Below are positions 18,041-31,062 of a stretch of 64,000 nt of DNA, piece after piece (the stretch's first letter is position 1; each line of letters starts with the position of its first letter). A model generated the notes under the pieces. It was given only the letters and a program-made list of their open reading frames with translations. It had not been told where the DNA came from and ran no database searches. A program made the translations under genes and the position numbers. Source of the DNA: the human T2T-CHM13v2.0 reference genome, Homo sapiens; the NCBI RefSeq assembly GCF_009914755.1, contig NC_060938.1, one strand, 5' to 3'.

Positions 18041-18626
18041 CTTCGCCATCGATACAATAGCATATTACCCACACGTGTTTCTGAAGCAGAGAGGTGTCTG
18101 TGGATATACCACCACAAAGAGAAGACGGTGTGGCTTCAAGATTTCAAACTTGCTAGAATCCCCCTTGTTTACTCCACATGAGCCCTTTAATAAGTTACCT
18201 CATCAGAATTAATGGATTGTTATTCTTCCCGATCAGTAGTGTAAACCGTAAACTTTGAGACGGTTTGCCTACCACACTTAGTTTAAGATTTAGAAGGTTT
18301 ACTTGCAAAAGCTCTTAGAAGCACCCATGAATAAACAAGAGTGAAAAGTTAAACCAAGGACAGACGTTTTTATTTGCACTTTTTTTTCAAATCTATCCAA
18401 ACAACAAGATTCGAAAATTTTCCCTGACACCATAGGCAAATGCTTCTTCTCCAAGTACAGAACAGCCTGTTGAAGACAGCAGTCACATTGTTGTGGTAAC
18501 TGATGAAATTTATAAACGATGCACAACTTCATATTTTTGCCAGGTTTTACTTTAAAAGAGTCCCAAAGAGCAAGACAATGATAAATAACAGTGAAGGGTG
18601 ATGACTTCTGAGAGCACTGGACAACA

Positions 18627-19092
18627 TGGTAGCAGATGCCATTGGTTGGCTAGTCCAACTCCCATTTGCAAATCCACCTCCTCTGGCATCCTCCATTAGA
18701 GAGGCTAGAAAAGCCAAATATTTGCTTTTCTGCTCTCTTGCAGTGAGGGTTGTCCATGTGAGAAAGCCTGATTCCTATTGAGGTAAAAGAGGACGTCTCC
18801 AGAGGCTTCTGGCAAAGTGTTTCTTTCCTGACATAAAGGACATATGCCACAAGCATCACCCCTGCTGTGTCCCCTTTTTTCTGCCTTGGGAATAGACTAG
18901 TGTCTAGAGCTGTGACAGCCACCTCATGACCTCAAGAGAAAGGCCAACAAGAATTGGAGAAACACTGACCTTGGTATTTTTGAGCTCTTAACTACAAACA
19001 GTTGCTTACCTCCAGAGGAATGCTTGTAAGTAAAATAGTTTAAGTCTCTTAGTTAGGCTTTCTATTGATGCCAAAGGAATTCCTGTTGATAC
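18627..19092 (+). mobile_element. LTR33-like ERVL solo LTR
   Basis: Starts tggtagcagatgccattggttgg; ends gccaaaggaattcctgttgataca. Confidence 0.55.
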
Positions 19093-20728
19093 AATGTGAT
19101 TGCAGACACTTTAGCCCACCTTTTGTCACCTTTTAATTCTACACCTATCTATCTGTCCCTCAGAAATCTCCCAGCAGTTTGGTTAAATAAACATTATTTA
19201 ATCAAATCACTGAAATGATTTATAGAGCACAGCATAATCAAATGAATCTTCTTCATAGTTTATCTCCTAGTTATAATAGCTGTTTTAATATAACTTTAGT
19301 ATCACATCCTTAATAGTACAAGGAGGGGTGATATAGTCTATTATTAGCCAAACTTTCTGTTAGTCCAATACATACATGGAGTCCAAAAGAATACACAAAC
19401 CTGTCTTTTACTTTGGGCTTGAATTGTATCTTTCAACTTTATGAGTTCATGGCTGAGAGGCATGTTCATTCTGCTCCACCTTTCTCCAGATCTTAAAAAT
19501 TTATGGGTCTTCCAAACAAGCCCTAAAGAGCATCACCCATGTGGCGACCCCTCTCATAGGCACCCGGAAATCAAATTCTTCTTCTTTGGACCCCCTCCTC
19601 CTTTTCTCCATAGCTAGAGATGAGCGGAAAGATTAATGCGAGCAAAATGACACCTATTGATTAATAACATTGAGTGCATAGTAAAGGCACTCAAAAAACT
19701 TTATTAAATGGTAAGTTAAAATGGAGTATCTTCCACAATATAGGGGCTTCTATAGAGGCTTTTTCGAGAGGGTGGTTTAAACAGAGGCATCAATATTGTT
19801 TGTGATTTAGCCAAGTGCAGAAGTAACAAGGGGAACAGGCCAGAAAGAAAGGCAGCATGAAACAAGATGTCTTACAGGAACAAGAGTAGTGTATTGGAAA
19901 GAAACAGGAATAATTTGGTGTGCAGAAGTGTGGAGTGTGAAGCAGAGGCATTAGCAGGAATCAAGTCAGCATGGCCCTTAGCAATGGGGAAATGTTGAAG
20001 GATTTTAAGAAGAAAATTGGCATTGCTTTGCATTTCAGCAAAACCACTTTGGAGACAGTTAGGGCTGTGGATTCAAGATAAGAGACTGGATCAAGGAAGA
20101 GAGGCTTGTTATGAGTTCCTCGAGGAACAAGAGGCCGTGAGATTTAAACTAGTTAATCCATTCCCAAACGCACTAAGTATAAATTTCTACATTTCAAAGT
20201 ACTCTACAGTGTTGACTTCAAGTCAACCATGTGCTGAGTTATGTACCAGCCAGGCAGTGTAAAGAAAGGCTGTCCAAAGTTCCCCATCCTTTCACAGAAA
20301 GGGAATGTGACAACAAAGACCAGAGAGGGGTCTGACTGTGGGATGAGGCTGAACCTAGCCCTGAGCCTAAGCCAACCTCCAACCCCTAGCTGGTACTCCA
20401 AGGGAGGTCGTCCAGTTCTTTCCCAACGGCTCAGCCTTTATCATTCTGACAGGGACTCCAAAGCCCAGAAGAGCCCTTACCAAGGTCACACAGTGAGTGA
20501 CTAGCTAGGAATAGTCCTAGTGGTTCCTGGACCAAATTCCATGCCCTAAATACCAGATGACAAAACCCGCTGCATAAAAATAGTTCAATTAAAATCTAAA
20601 ATAAAATCGTCACTTACTCTCGAAAAGAAAGCTAGCACAGTATTTCATGAAAATGTCATGAACCTGAATGAAACTGTAATTTGGGAAGTTGTAAAAATAT
20701 GGTTGCACCATTCTGAGGGCCAACGCCT

Positions 20729-20760
20729 ATCACGTGACCCTGAACCGTGGGCTCCGCCCT
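20729..20760. promoter_or_regulatory. E-box/CLEAR-like palindrome plus GC box in non-repeat DNA
   Basis: ATCACGTGAC at 20729-20738 and CTCCGCCC at 20752-20759, with local CpG retention. Motif evidence only. Confidence 0.3.
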
Positions 20761-22389
20761 GCTGTTCCACCTTGCCTGGCTTGTGCAAGGCTGTGTGCAG
20801 AAGGAAACGAGAGTGGGAAGTCAGCTACCCAGGATGGTCCATTTAACAGCTGATCTGCTGGGACCAGTGCCTAAGAAGTTAATTTCTAGCTTTGAGATGG
20901 TTTCTGGTAATTGTAGGTAATTTAAAATATAATTGCAATTTAGTTAAAAAAAAAAAAAAAAACTCTGTTTGCAGTGTTTATGCTCATCACTCTAATTTAA
21001 GGTCTAGAATGTTGGATGAACTGCACTTGAGTACACGCTCATTTTGCGTCTTCCTGATTTTACCACCAGTGATTATAAAAACAGCCTCAGCAAACTCAGT
21101 CTGCATTGCAAGACAGATGCTGCAAAGTTCAGATATAAAGTTTCACATTTCCGGAAGGTTAACTATTGAGCATGTTAATGATTATTGAAGAGATGAAGAA
21201 AACCACAAGGCTTCAAAATGCAAACACCTCTCAAAAATATCCAGCTTCCTCGTGTTTATAATAAAGCCACCTTTTTTTTTTTTTTTTTTTTTCAAAGAAA
21301 GACTATGGTTGAGTTCAGTGTGGTCTGCATATAGGCTTAATGGAGGAATAATTACACAAGGCTGCTTGTGAGTAGGCCAATGGAGCTTGCATCTGGGTTG
21401 TATGTTATAAACTGCTCTGTGCTAAGCCAGGGCATCTACAGCTTTGCAAGGTTCACAGAAATTTCTTACCACAGTGACAGCATATGTTTTAAATGCAGAG
21501 AAATTCTAAGATCTATTGTGTGTGGATTTATACAGAATTTTCAAAATAATCCAAAATATAGGTAGGACAGCTACTTAATGGCAGGCATCTCAGCAATCAA
21601 TTTACATTCCAAAGCACCATCATGGGCCCAATCAGCCATCGTTGCGAACCTAGACAAGTGGAGCTAAATGAGAAAACAGCTGAAATGAGCACTCAATCTA
21701 ATAACCTCACATACAGTCTCCCATCTCCCAGCTTGCAAAACTTAATAGAATGGAGCTTAGGGCTGAAGCAGTACTGCATTGCACAGCAATTACACCATGT
21801 TAACACTGGCATTGGAAATCACTTTCTGAATTTGAAAACTCAGAGTCAGTAGTCAGAATTTGCAGCCCTAGTGTAAGAGGCCTGCCTTGAAACACAGGCC
21901 CAAATTAAAGTTGACCACCAAATAACACTATTTAGATAGTGGAGATTGTCTGCCTACCAAGTTTTAAAATGGAACCTAGAAGTTTAATGATTGAGAAAAT
22001 AAAATGTGTTCCAAGTTAGTCTGGCTTCGCTGATACTGGCTTGGGAAAAAAAAAAAAAAGCCTTTTATTTTTAATGATTTATTACATATACTTTAAAAAA
22101 TTCAAATATTACAAAAGTGAATATTAAATTTTTCTCCAACCTCAAATCTCTGTCTTCTAATCTCCTTCTCTCAAGATAGCCCGTTATCAGTTTTCTGAGC
22201 ATCTATGCATATCTAAGTATGTCTTATACGTGCCACATACACACAGTGATGGCTCCAGAATTTCTACTAGAAGAGACTTAGGGGCTGCAATCTGATTGGA
22301 TGTGAGTATGCTGCATAAAGCTGCATTTGCCTGGTATTTTACATAAATGAGAATACATAAATTTGAGCACTAAAAGAAATAAGTATAGC

Positions 22390-23090
22390 AAGGAATTATA
22401 AAGCATTGAAAAAATAGGAATTCACAAGTCCATACCAATAATAGTAAATAGTAAATAAGTGAGGGAAACCATGGGTTGCAGTGAAATGTAACAGCTGTCT
22501 GGTGAATGTGAAAGAGTGCCGGCACTGAAAGACCTTTACTTCACAACCATGATAGTAAAGATTGGGTCAGACAAGACTCATGAATGAATGCTACACCTAC
22601 CAGGAAATTTTGATGAGAACCAGGATATTTGCATCATTTTAAAGTGCCACCTCACAGACTGCTTATTAGTTCCATGAGTGGGGAGTCAGGGGCGGAGTGG
22701 GGGGGGCGGTGATAAAAGCCCCAGTTTTATAAAATTGAAAATTTGGACAATATCTTGACTAAGTCATTGAAATTAACATTACCACTGAAGAACAAACATG
22801 ATACCCTGAGAAGGACACATCACCTATGCAGTTCTCTGGCCTAGAATGCATAACTTCAATCTAATAGGACTGTATTCATTAAAAATGTCAATGTGATAAA
22901 AGACAAAGGCTGGGACAATGTTCCAGACTAAAAGGGGCTAAAGAGACGTGATAACCAAATGCAATAGTAGATCCTAGACTTGGTCTGGTTGAGGAAGAGA
23001 AAAAATTCTTCTAAAGAATATTATTAGATCAATGTACAGAATTGAAATACAAACAGTAGATTAGATTAAAAAAGCAATTGCAGGATTAAT
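22390..23090 (+). mobile_element. L1MC-type 3' region fragment
   Basis: gaattcacaagtccatacc ... aaattttgatgagaaccaggatatttgcat ... tcacctatgcagttctctggcc...tgcataac. Confidence 0.55.
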
Positions 23091-25589
23091 TCTGCTGCTT
23101 CTAGCACACAACCACCCCACCCTCATTCCTGCCAAGCTCCGAGTGGCCACACTCTTCAGGAGTGCTTGAACTTCTGCCCACAAAGCTCCTTCTTTGCCCA
23201 GGGAACCCGGAGGTGGGAAAGCTGGCGCAAGGTGCTTCTGCAACTGGAATTAAGTGCTGTTTTAAGTTTTGTTTCAGGATCTGGAAGTTTAGACTAGGTC
23301 AATGATAGAGGCCAAAGAGTAAAGCTCTCATAGAAACTGCAATACAAATTCCTTTCTGGTCCCCTCTGGCCAGCTTATGCTAATCTCACTGAAACCTTCA
23401 TCTTACCCTCTTTTTTCTGTTCATTTTAAAGCCAAACTCCACTCAAGGAAAGAATAGTACATGGCAAATGTATGCAGGTGGCTAATAATTGCTTGGTAAA
23501 TAAACAAAAATGAATGAATGAACAAATAAGGTATATTTAGGTAGAGCTCTGATATCAAAGACTATTAGTATGATTTATGAGGCAACAACAAAAAGAAATT
23601 TTTTTTCTACCTTAGCTCCTACTGAGTTGTGTTTACTTAAGTAATATAGTCATTTTCCTATATTTACTTCCAAATTAAGATACCTTTCTGTTTGAACTAG
23701 TATTAAGTCTAAGACTACAATCCTTTAAGGGACACATGGCAACACAACATTCTTGTCAGCTGGCCTTTTCATCAGATAGATGAAAATAGGAATTTAAACC
23801 TATAATATTAGGACACTATTAGAATTGTACACTCACATGGAACCTTGAGATAAATATGCATGTGAGGAATACGGGACAGAAACTGGGAATGATTATGAAG
23901 AAAATAAAGGTTTGGGAAAAGCAGAATCCATAATTCAGCTTGGCAGAGACAAAGGAAAGTGAGTTAACACTCATCAGGCCCTTGGGATTACCCTTCTGTC
24001 TGGGATGCAGGAGGAAGCCAATGTGGATGAGGGACTGGTGGCGCCAGGTGAACATTCACAGCTAGGCTCTCCAGCCCAGTGATTTGGGATATTTGGAAAT
24101 TTGTCCCCAAAGGCAAGAAAAAGTACAAGCAGAGAAGTTAATGTTTCTTAAAAAAAGAACAAGCATACAAATGTCTGTGGATCTAAGGGAAACGGTCTTG
24201 CAAGGGTATCTGGCCATCCTGAACACCCAGCAACCATTCCCATTTTTCTATCAGCACTTTGATTTTATGGTGGAGAAATAATCCTTTCTCTACTGAATGC
24301 ATTATGCTGGGGCTGTCACTCAATTTGTGTATATCAGGTGCCTGGCATGTGTAGTAGAGATCAATAGATATGTTAGTTGAATGAATGAATGAATGAATGT
24401 GCCGAGCTTTCTTCTTGTCAGGCCAATGACACAACTTTCTGCCAAACATTTGGATCTTAAGTATAATGTGGAGACTAAAAAAATGCCAACAGCAGATTCA
24501 TTCTACTAGAGATGTTCTAATGACAGATCACCACTCATTTTTGTTTCCTAGATCTAGGACTTCTCTGTCATAGTTTCTGTCCTTTCTAAGTCAGATGACT
24601 AAGCTTTCTCTTTTATTCTAAGAACTATCATATATCCTTCCAATAAACTCTTCCTCTGCTTAAGTTATCCAAAGTTCATTTCTGCTGCTTATGAACAAAG
24701 AACCATGACAGACACACATTTCCCAGGCTGCCCCTATGGAATATGCCAATTATTATCTCCAAATATGGGCTTAGTATAATAATAAGATGGTTAGTGGAAG
24801 TTTATGGGTTTTTTCTTCTTTTTTTTTGCTTCCATGTGTCTCTGGGTGATCTCTTTAAATACACTCAAGGACAAGAACTTGAGGAGCTGAAATAAGAAAC
24901 GTTAGTTATTTGCATTCCCCTGCAAGAATCCCTTATTATTGTGTCTAAAAGTATCTGTTGTTCAATAGATGTTAGAGTTACACATATTTATGTTCAGATG
25001 CCACTTATTTTTAGATTAATTTCAAAGGATATATTTACAATTTACCCATTTCCAAAGCCCCATCTCAGCTACTGCAAATTTTCCCTGCTTTTATGTCCAA
25101 TCAACAATAGCTCGAAGCAGATTTTACTTCTCAAGTTTCAACTAGTTATGTAAAGAACAAATCTAAACAAGCCCTCACCCCATCTCTTTTAAAAAATATA
25201 GTTTAAACACCAGATTTTATTTAGCAGCTTAGTTTCTTTTGAGAGAGAAGCCTCTAGAAAATGTGGTTTCGATTTTGTTTTCAACTGGTTATTTTTTCAG
25301 TACTTAAAAAATATCCACTGGTACTTTTTATTGTTTTGCCATGATTTTAGTGCCTAGGACAGTTCTGAGCACCTAACAGATGTTAAGAAATAGTAATTAA
25401 ATTCATGAACAAGGAAATGTTTTGTTATTTATTGTGGGGCTATTTTGGTTGAATCATCACTAAGAGGTGGCTAAAGGGAACCTATTGCATAGCCATCTGA
25501 AAGTTATAGGGCACACTTATCACAGCAAATTGCTATTTTTGATGCTTCCACAAACTTTCCACAGATTTTTTAGTGTCCTAAAATGGTTT

Positions 25590-25820
25590 CATATAGAAGG
25601 AAAGCCTGAACTGCTGCCTCAGACGACCCTATGGTAGGATTTATATTCCACAACTCCCCCTGCCTAGGGACCCCACCCTTGCCCTCAGCATCAAGCTATA
25701 AGTCTAGACTTTATCTGAAACAACATTCTTTCTTGGCTCCTTCCTCTTCCCGATCCTATTTCTCTTACTACCTTATAGGTTTTTCTTGAAGAGCAGCCAA
25801 GTCCTCAGGCTCTGCATCTA
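25590..25820 (+). mobile_element. LTR16-like 3' fragment
   Basis: Ends ctcaggctctgcatctagtgaacccaacctaagaca. Confidence 0.5.
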
Positions 25821-26621
25821 GTGAACCCAACCTAAGACAGTAATGTGCTACTAATCTGAATAGAAATCTTATATAACAATACCTATGAACTTTGTTTCCT
25901 TTGAATTTAAAATTTTACCAAAGATGTTGATAACTGCAAAGGATATACCATCATTGTACACAATCAACACAGACAATGACAACTGTATTGAGGGCCTTCT
26001 ATGTAGATGCTACCTCCCTTGAATTTTATTCACAATCTTCTTCAGTAGGCATTACCATTCATTCCTCCAAAATGAAAAAAATATTAAAAGTCAACATATT
26101 AAATAACCTATCCAAAGTCAGACAAGGAGTACACGACAATGGATTTGGAGTGTTTCCTGAAAGATTTCACAGGTTGATCATAAATGTCCCAAAACACTAT
26201 GAAAGAAAATGACAATGTCTAACTTCCTGTTTTTCAGTACTTGTGGAATAAAGCATAAGTAGTCAATTCAGAAATGACTGATTTAAGGCTTACCCATGAG
26301 ATTTAAAGCAGATTTCCTTTTTTAAAAAAAATCTTGTCTCAGCCACATTAAGTCCTCTGTTAATTACCAAAAACGAACCAACCTCTCCATAGTCAAAAAG
26401 ATGGAGCGATGTTGTTAAAATAATATTTTAGTTTTAGAATAAATTGAAATTCAGAGTAAGGAAAAGAGCACATAGCCCACTCTCAAACAAAACTACATAT
26501 TGCCTTTATTAGGAAATGACATAGAGTAATTATAACCAGCCTCATAGGCTGTAGCCTCAGATATCCACCTTCCTCTGAATAGTCTGTGTGCTTCGACATC
26601 AGTGAGTTATCTTAACTTTTC

Positions 26622-26922
26622 TTTCTTTTTTAACTTTGATTTTAAGTTCAGGGGTACATGTGCACATTTGTTATATAGGTAAATTTGTGTCATGAGGGTT
26701 TGTTGTAAAGATTATTTCATCACCCAGGTATTGAGCCTAGTTCCCATTAGTTATTTTTCCTGATCCTCTCCCTCCTCCCACCCTTCATGCTTCGATAGGC
26801 CCCTGTGTCTGTTGTTCTCCTCTTTGTGTCCATGAGTTCTCACCACTTAGCTCCCACTTATAAGTGAAAACATGCAGTATTTGATTTTCTGTTCCTGCAT
26901 TAGTTTGCTAAGGATAATGGCC
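26622..26922 (-). mobile_element. Short 5'-truncated L1PA (PA13-15-like) 3' end inserted in a MIR
   Basis: L1 3'UTR ggggtacatgtgcac...ctcccacttataagtga. Degenerate TSD ttatcttaacttttc and ttatctcaaccttttc. Confidence 0.85.
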
Positions 26923-27127
26923 TTATCTCAACCTTTTCTAAGCCTACTTTTATGTTCAGGCTGGCCTATCTCCTAGGATAATCATCTCCTAAGTTCCATT
27001 CCCATCAAGAAAAGCAGCACTACACGAATGCAACCCTAATAAAGCCAAGATACATATTGTTCAGTCCCCATATAGGTCATATTTTAAAAAGGACAGTCTG
27101 AGGGGAAAATAAGTCTCAAAGAAATTC

Positions 27128-27775
<648 letters not shown>

Positions 27776-27866
27776 AATTCAATGTTTTCTTGCATCTCTT
27801 GAGAGATGCTAATGAGACTCTAATCTATAATATTCCCATCCTTGTCATGTATTTTAAAAACTCTCT

Positions 27867-28266
27867 TCACAATTAGAAGAACTAGAGAAGCAAGAGCAAA
27901 CACATTCAAAAGCTAGCAGAAGGCAATAAATAACTAAGATCAGAGCAGAACTGAAGGAGATAGAGACACAAAAAACCCTTCAAAAAAATCAATGAATCCA
28001 GGAGCTGGTTTTTTGAAAAGAACAACAAAATTGATAGACTGCTAGCAAGACTAATAAGAAAAGAGAGAAGAATCAAATAGATGCAATAAAAAATGATAAA
28101 GGGGTTATCACCACTGATCCCACCAAAATACAAACTACCATCAGAGAATACTATAAACACCTCTCCGCAAATAAACTAGAAAATCTAGAAAAAATGGATA
28201 AATTCCTGGACACATACACCCTCCCAAGACTAAACCAGGAAGAAGTTGAATCCCGGAATAGAGCAA
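27867..28266 (+). mobile_element. Isolated internal L1PA ORF2 fragment
   Basis: tcacaattagaagaactagagaagcaagagc ... ([20 protein letters not shown]), colinear with about 2597-3007 of the first L1. No 3'UTR or poly(A). Confidence 0.9.
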
Positions 28267-28706
28267 TTTTCTCAAAGCCCCACACTCACCAACATCATTC
28301 TCTTCCAAACCCACCCCCAAACTTCTTAATACTCCACTCTGATCACCACTTTGTATCTTCCCCTTTTCTTCCCTTTCCTCATGAGCCCGCATCATTTAAG
28401 CACACAAGAGATAGAACCTCTATCCAGGGGAAGAGAAAAGAAAAACTATGAGCAAGCAAGTTCCTCCGTAGCAGGCAGGAGAAGGAAAAAGTCTAGAAGT
28501 AGTCACCAATAGTAATTTAATTTCATCGCACTCATTTTAGCCTATTCTTAATCTTTATCTAGCTTCAAGTGCTTCTAATCATCTGAGACTTGGTGAATGA
28601 ATCTGCATTTCACCTTATCTATTGACATTTATGATTTCAGTCTTCATTCAGATCATGCCTTAGCCCCTTGTTTATCACGGGTTCACAAACTGATTAGAGG
28701 TTTTAG

Positions 28707-29030
28707 CAGTAGTTCTCAACTTTTGCTGTTCATTAGAATTACCTGGGGGAGCTTTTAAAAGTTAAGGCCACAACCCATACCAACTCAATCAGTGGGATCC
28801 AGGTAACTGTATTTTTTAAACTTCCAATGTGCAGCTAAGTTTGATAATCAGTGTTTTAAGGAAGTGCATCCCAAATTTTAATGTGCACATTAATTACATG
28901 GAGATCCTGTTAAAAGATCTGATTATGATTCAAGAGGTCTGGGAAGGAGCCCCAAGATGCTGCATTTCAAATGAGTATCAAGGTAATGCTGAATTGACTG
29001 TTCCTGGACTCCACTATGAATAGTGAGGCT
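28707..29030. mobile_element. Two adjacent MER5-family (hAT-Charlie) MITEs
   Basis: cagtagttctcaac...ttagaattacctggggg, and gaggtctgggaaggagccccaagatgctgcatttc. Confidence 0.65.
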
Positions 29031-29203
29031 TTAGGGAACAAGAACCATTCAAGTTTCCTTTCTTAATGGAGCATTTATTACAGTAATACACAGCCAGTGA
29101 TGGTGAAGTCACAACTGAGCCTCCCAGCAAAAAGGGTCTGAAAGATGGCTTGAGCCACAGCTGTGGTGCCCTGGAGACTGTAGCTGCACCTCAGTTGCAG
29201 CTC

Positions 29204-29229
29204 TGTGTGCATGCGTGCGTGTGTGTGTG

Positions 29230-29268
<39 letters not shown>
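29204..29268. repeat. (GT)n microsatellite with GC interruptions
   Basis: About 65 bp of continuous purine-pyrimidine alternation. Confidence 0.97.
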
Positions 29269-29270
<2 letters not shown>

Positions 29271-29329
29271 ATTCCACTGCTCTTCCTCTGCTTCTAGGTT
29301 GGTCTAGGTGGGAGCCCCAAATCAGCCAC

Positions 29330-29485
29330 TTCTAAATTCAGGATCTTTAACAAGTTATTCGATTCTCTAACCCTCAGTGTCCTGACGTGTAAAATGGGGA
29401 TAACAATGTCAGCTATTTCACTGGGCTTTCGTGAGGATTAAGTGAGATACTTGTGTACAGCACTGGTATAAGGCTTGCCATTAAA
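29330..29485 (+). mobile_element. MIR
   Basis: aacaagttatt...ctctaaccctcagtgtcctgacgtgtaaaatggggataaca. Confidence 0.75.
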
Positions 29486-30189
29486 CATGTCTGTCTTTAT
29501 TTCTGCCCTGGCTGTCAACAAAGAACCAACTTACTAATTCACTCTCTACCTCAAATGTCTGTTTATTGGATTCAGCTAACTGGTGGCTTCGCTCTATGCA
29601 CTTTTTACCTCTGTCCCCACTACCAACTGCTGACTCCTTATAAGTCCAGGTTTGCATTCCTCAGGAGTGGATTTGATTGGTTCAATCAGTCCATCCACTA
29701 TAGGCTATCCCAGTAGGACTCTGTGTTTGCACAAAGCAATCTCTGTGGTAGAGCAGGGTGAATGTATGGATTGGCTTCCTTTGGTTGCGATTTGACTTAT
29801 ACTAGGCTACAGTATAATTTATTCATAAGAAACCCTCAGAAAGAAATGGGCATATGGCAGGCAATCTAAGGCTCCTTGGGAGAGGACAGTGGAGGTACCT
29901 TGCTCAACTTGCCTAGTACACTCAGCAAATATTTACTGAACATCTACTGTGTGCAAGGCATTCATTGTAGCCCCATTCTTGAGATCTGGGCCCATCTGTG
30001 TTTCTTGGTTCTAGATAGGAAGAGTAAAACACCCAGAGTTCCATTCCTTTTTGTACAGATGGTAAAAGAAAAATACCAAGATCTTTTCTCATCGAATACT
30101 GTTTTTGGTTTGTAATGAATTTTGTGCTCAGAACTGCTACTCCAAAAGGAACAAAGATAACCTCTCCAATTCTCAGAATTTGGTACGGG

Positions 30190-30430
30190 GATAATAGCTA
30201 ATATTGAATGCTTATGATATACCAGGTAATGTTCTAAGTGCTTTATGTGGCTTAACTCATTTAATCCTCATAACAACCCTATGATGTAGGTATTATTATC
30301 CCCATTTGGCAAACGGGGAAACTGGGGCTAAAAGATGGCCAAGTCATACAGCTAGTAAGTGACAGTGCCAGTTCCCAGCTCCAGTGGCCTGCTCCAGAAC
30401 CTGTACTCTATCTGCACTTCACTGTGCAGT
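30190..30430 (-). mobile_element. MIR
   Basis: aactcatttaatcctcataacaaccctatgatgtaggtattattatccccattt. Confidence 0.8.
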
Positions 30431-31062
30431 GTCTCTGGCCCTCTCTACAGTCTGCTCAGATTGATGGTGGCACAGCTGCTACATCAACATATACCCACCT
30501 TGTTTTTTGCAGAGATGTCTCACAAATGGTAACATTCTCATGTATATACAATGGAAATATATATAATACCTGGCCTTCTAGCAGGGAGCTAAAAGGATAT
30601 TAAAAGATAAACTTGCAATGCCTACAGTTTATGTCAAAAAGCAAATCATTCATAAACCTCAGTATTATTACTATTATTTGGAACCAGTAACAATTAAAAT
30701 TTGCTGCTTTCTTGCATATATATGTCATAGGGACTTTTTGTGGTTGCCTAGCATCTGAAGCTCACTCCTATTTTGGGGAAGAACCCACTGTGTAACTTCC
30801 TAAAGACCAGATTTTTGCTTTCTCTCTCCTCCTGTCAAATCCTCTAGGCCAGACATGTGACCTAGACTTTAACCAGTCAGATTTTCCTGCCCAGAACTTG
30901 AATACCAAGAAGTAAGGTGAGTGGAAGATTCATTCTGAGGACACAGCAGAGGGCCGCAAGGCCAGTCACACCAGCATCAGGAACCAGGAGCAGCTGCCGC
31001 ATTACATCTGCCAACTGTTGCTAGGCATGATGTTAGCTGAGGCCTGCTGCCTAGCTTCTCTT

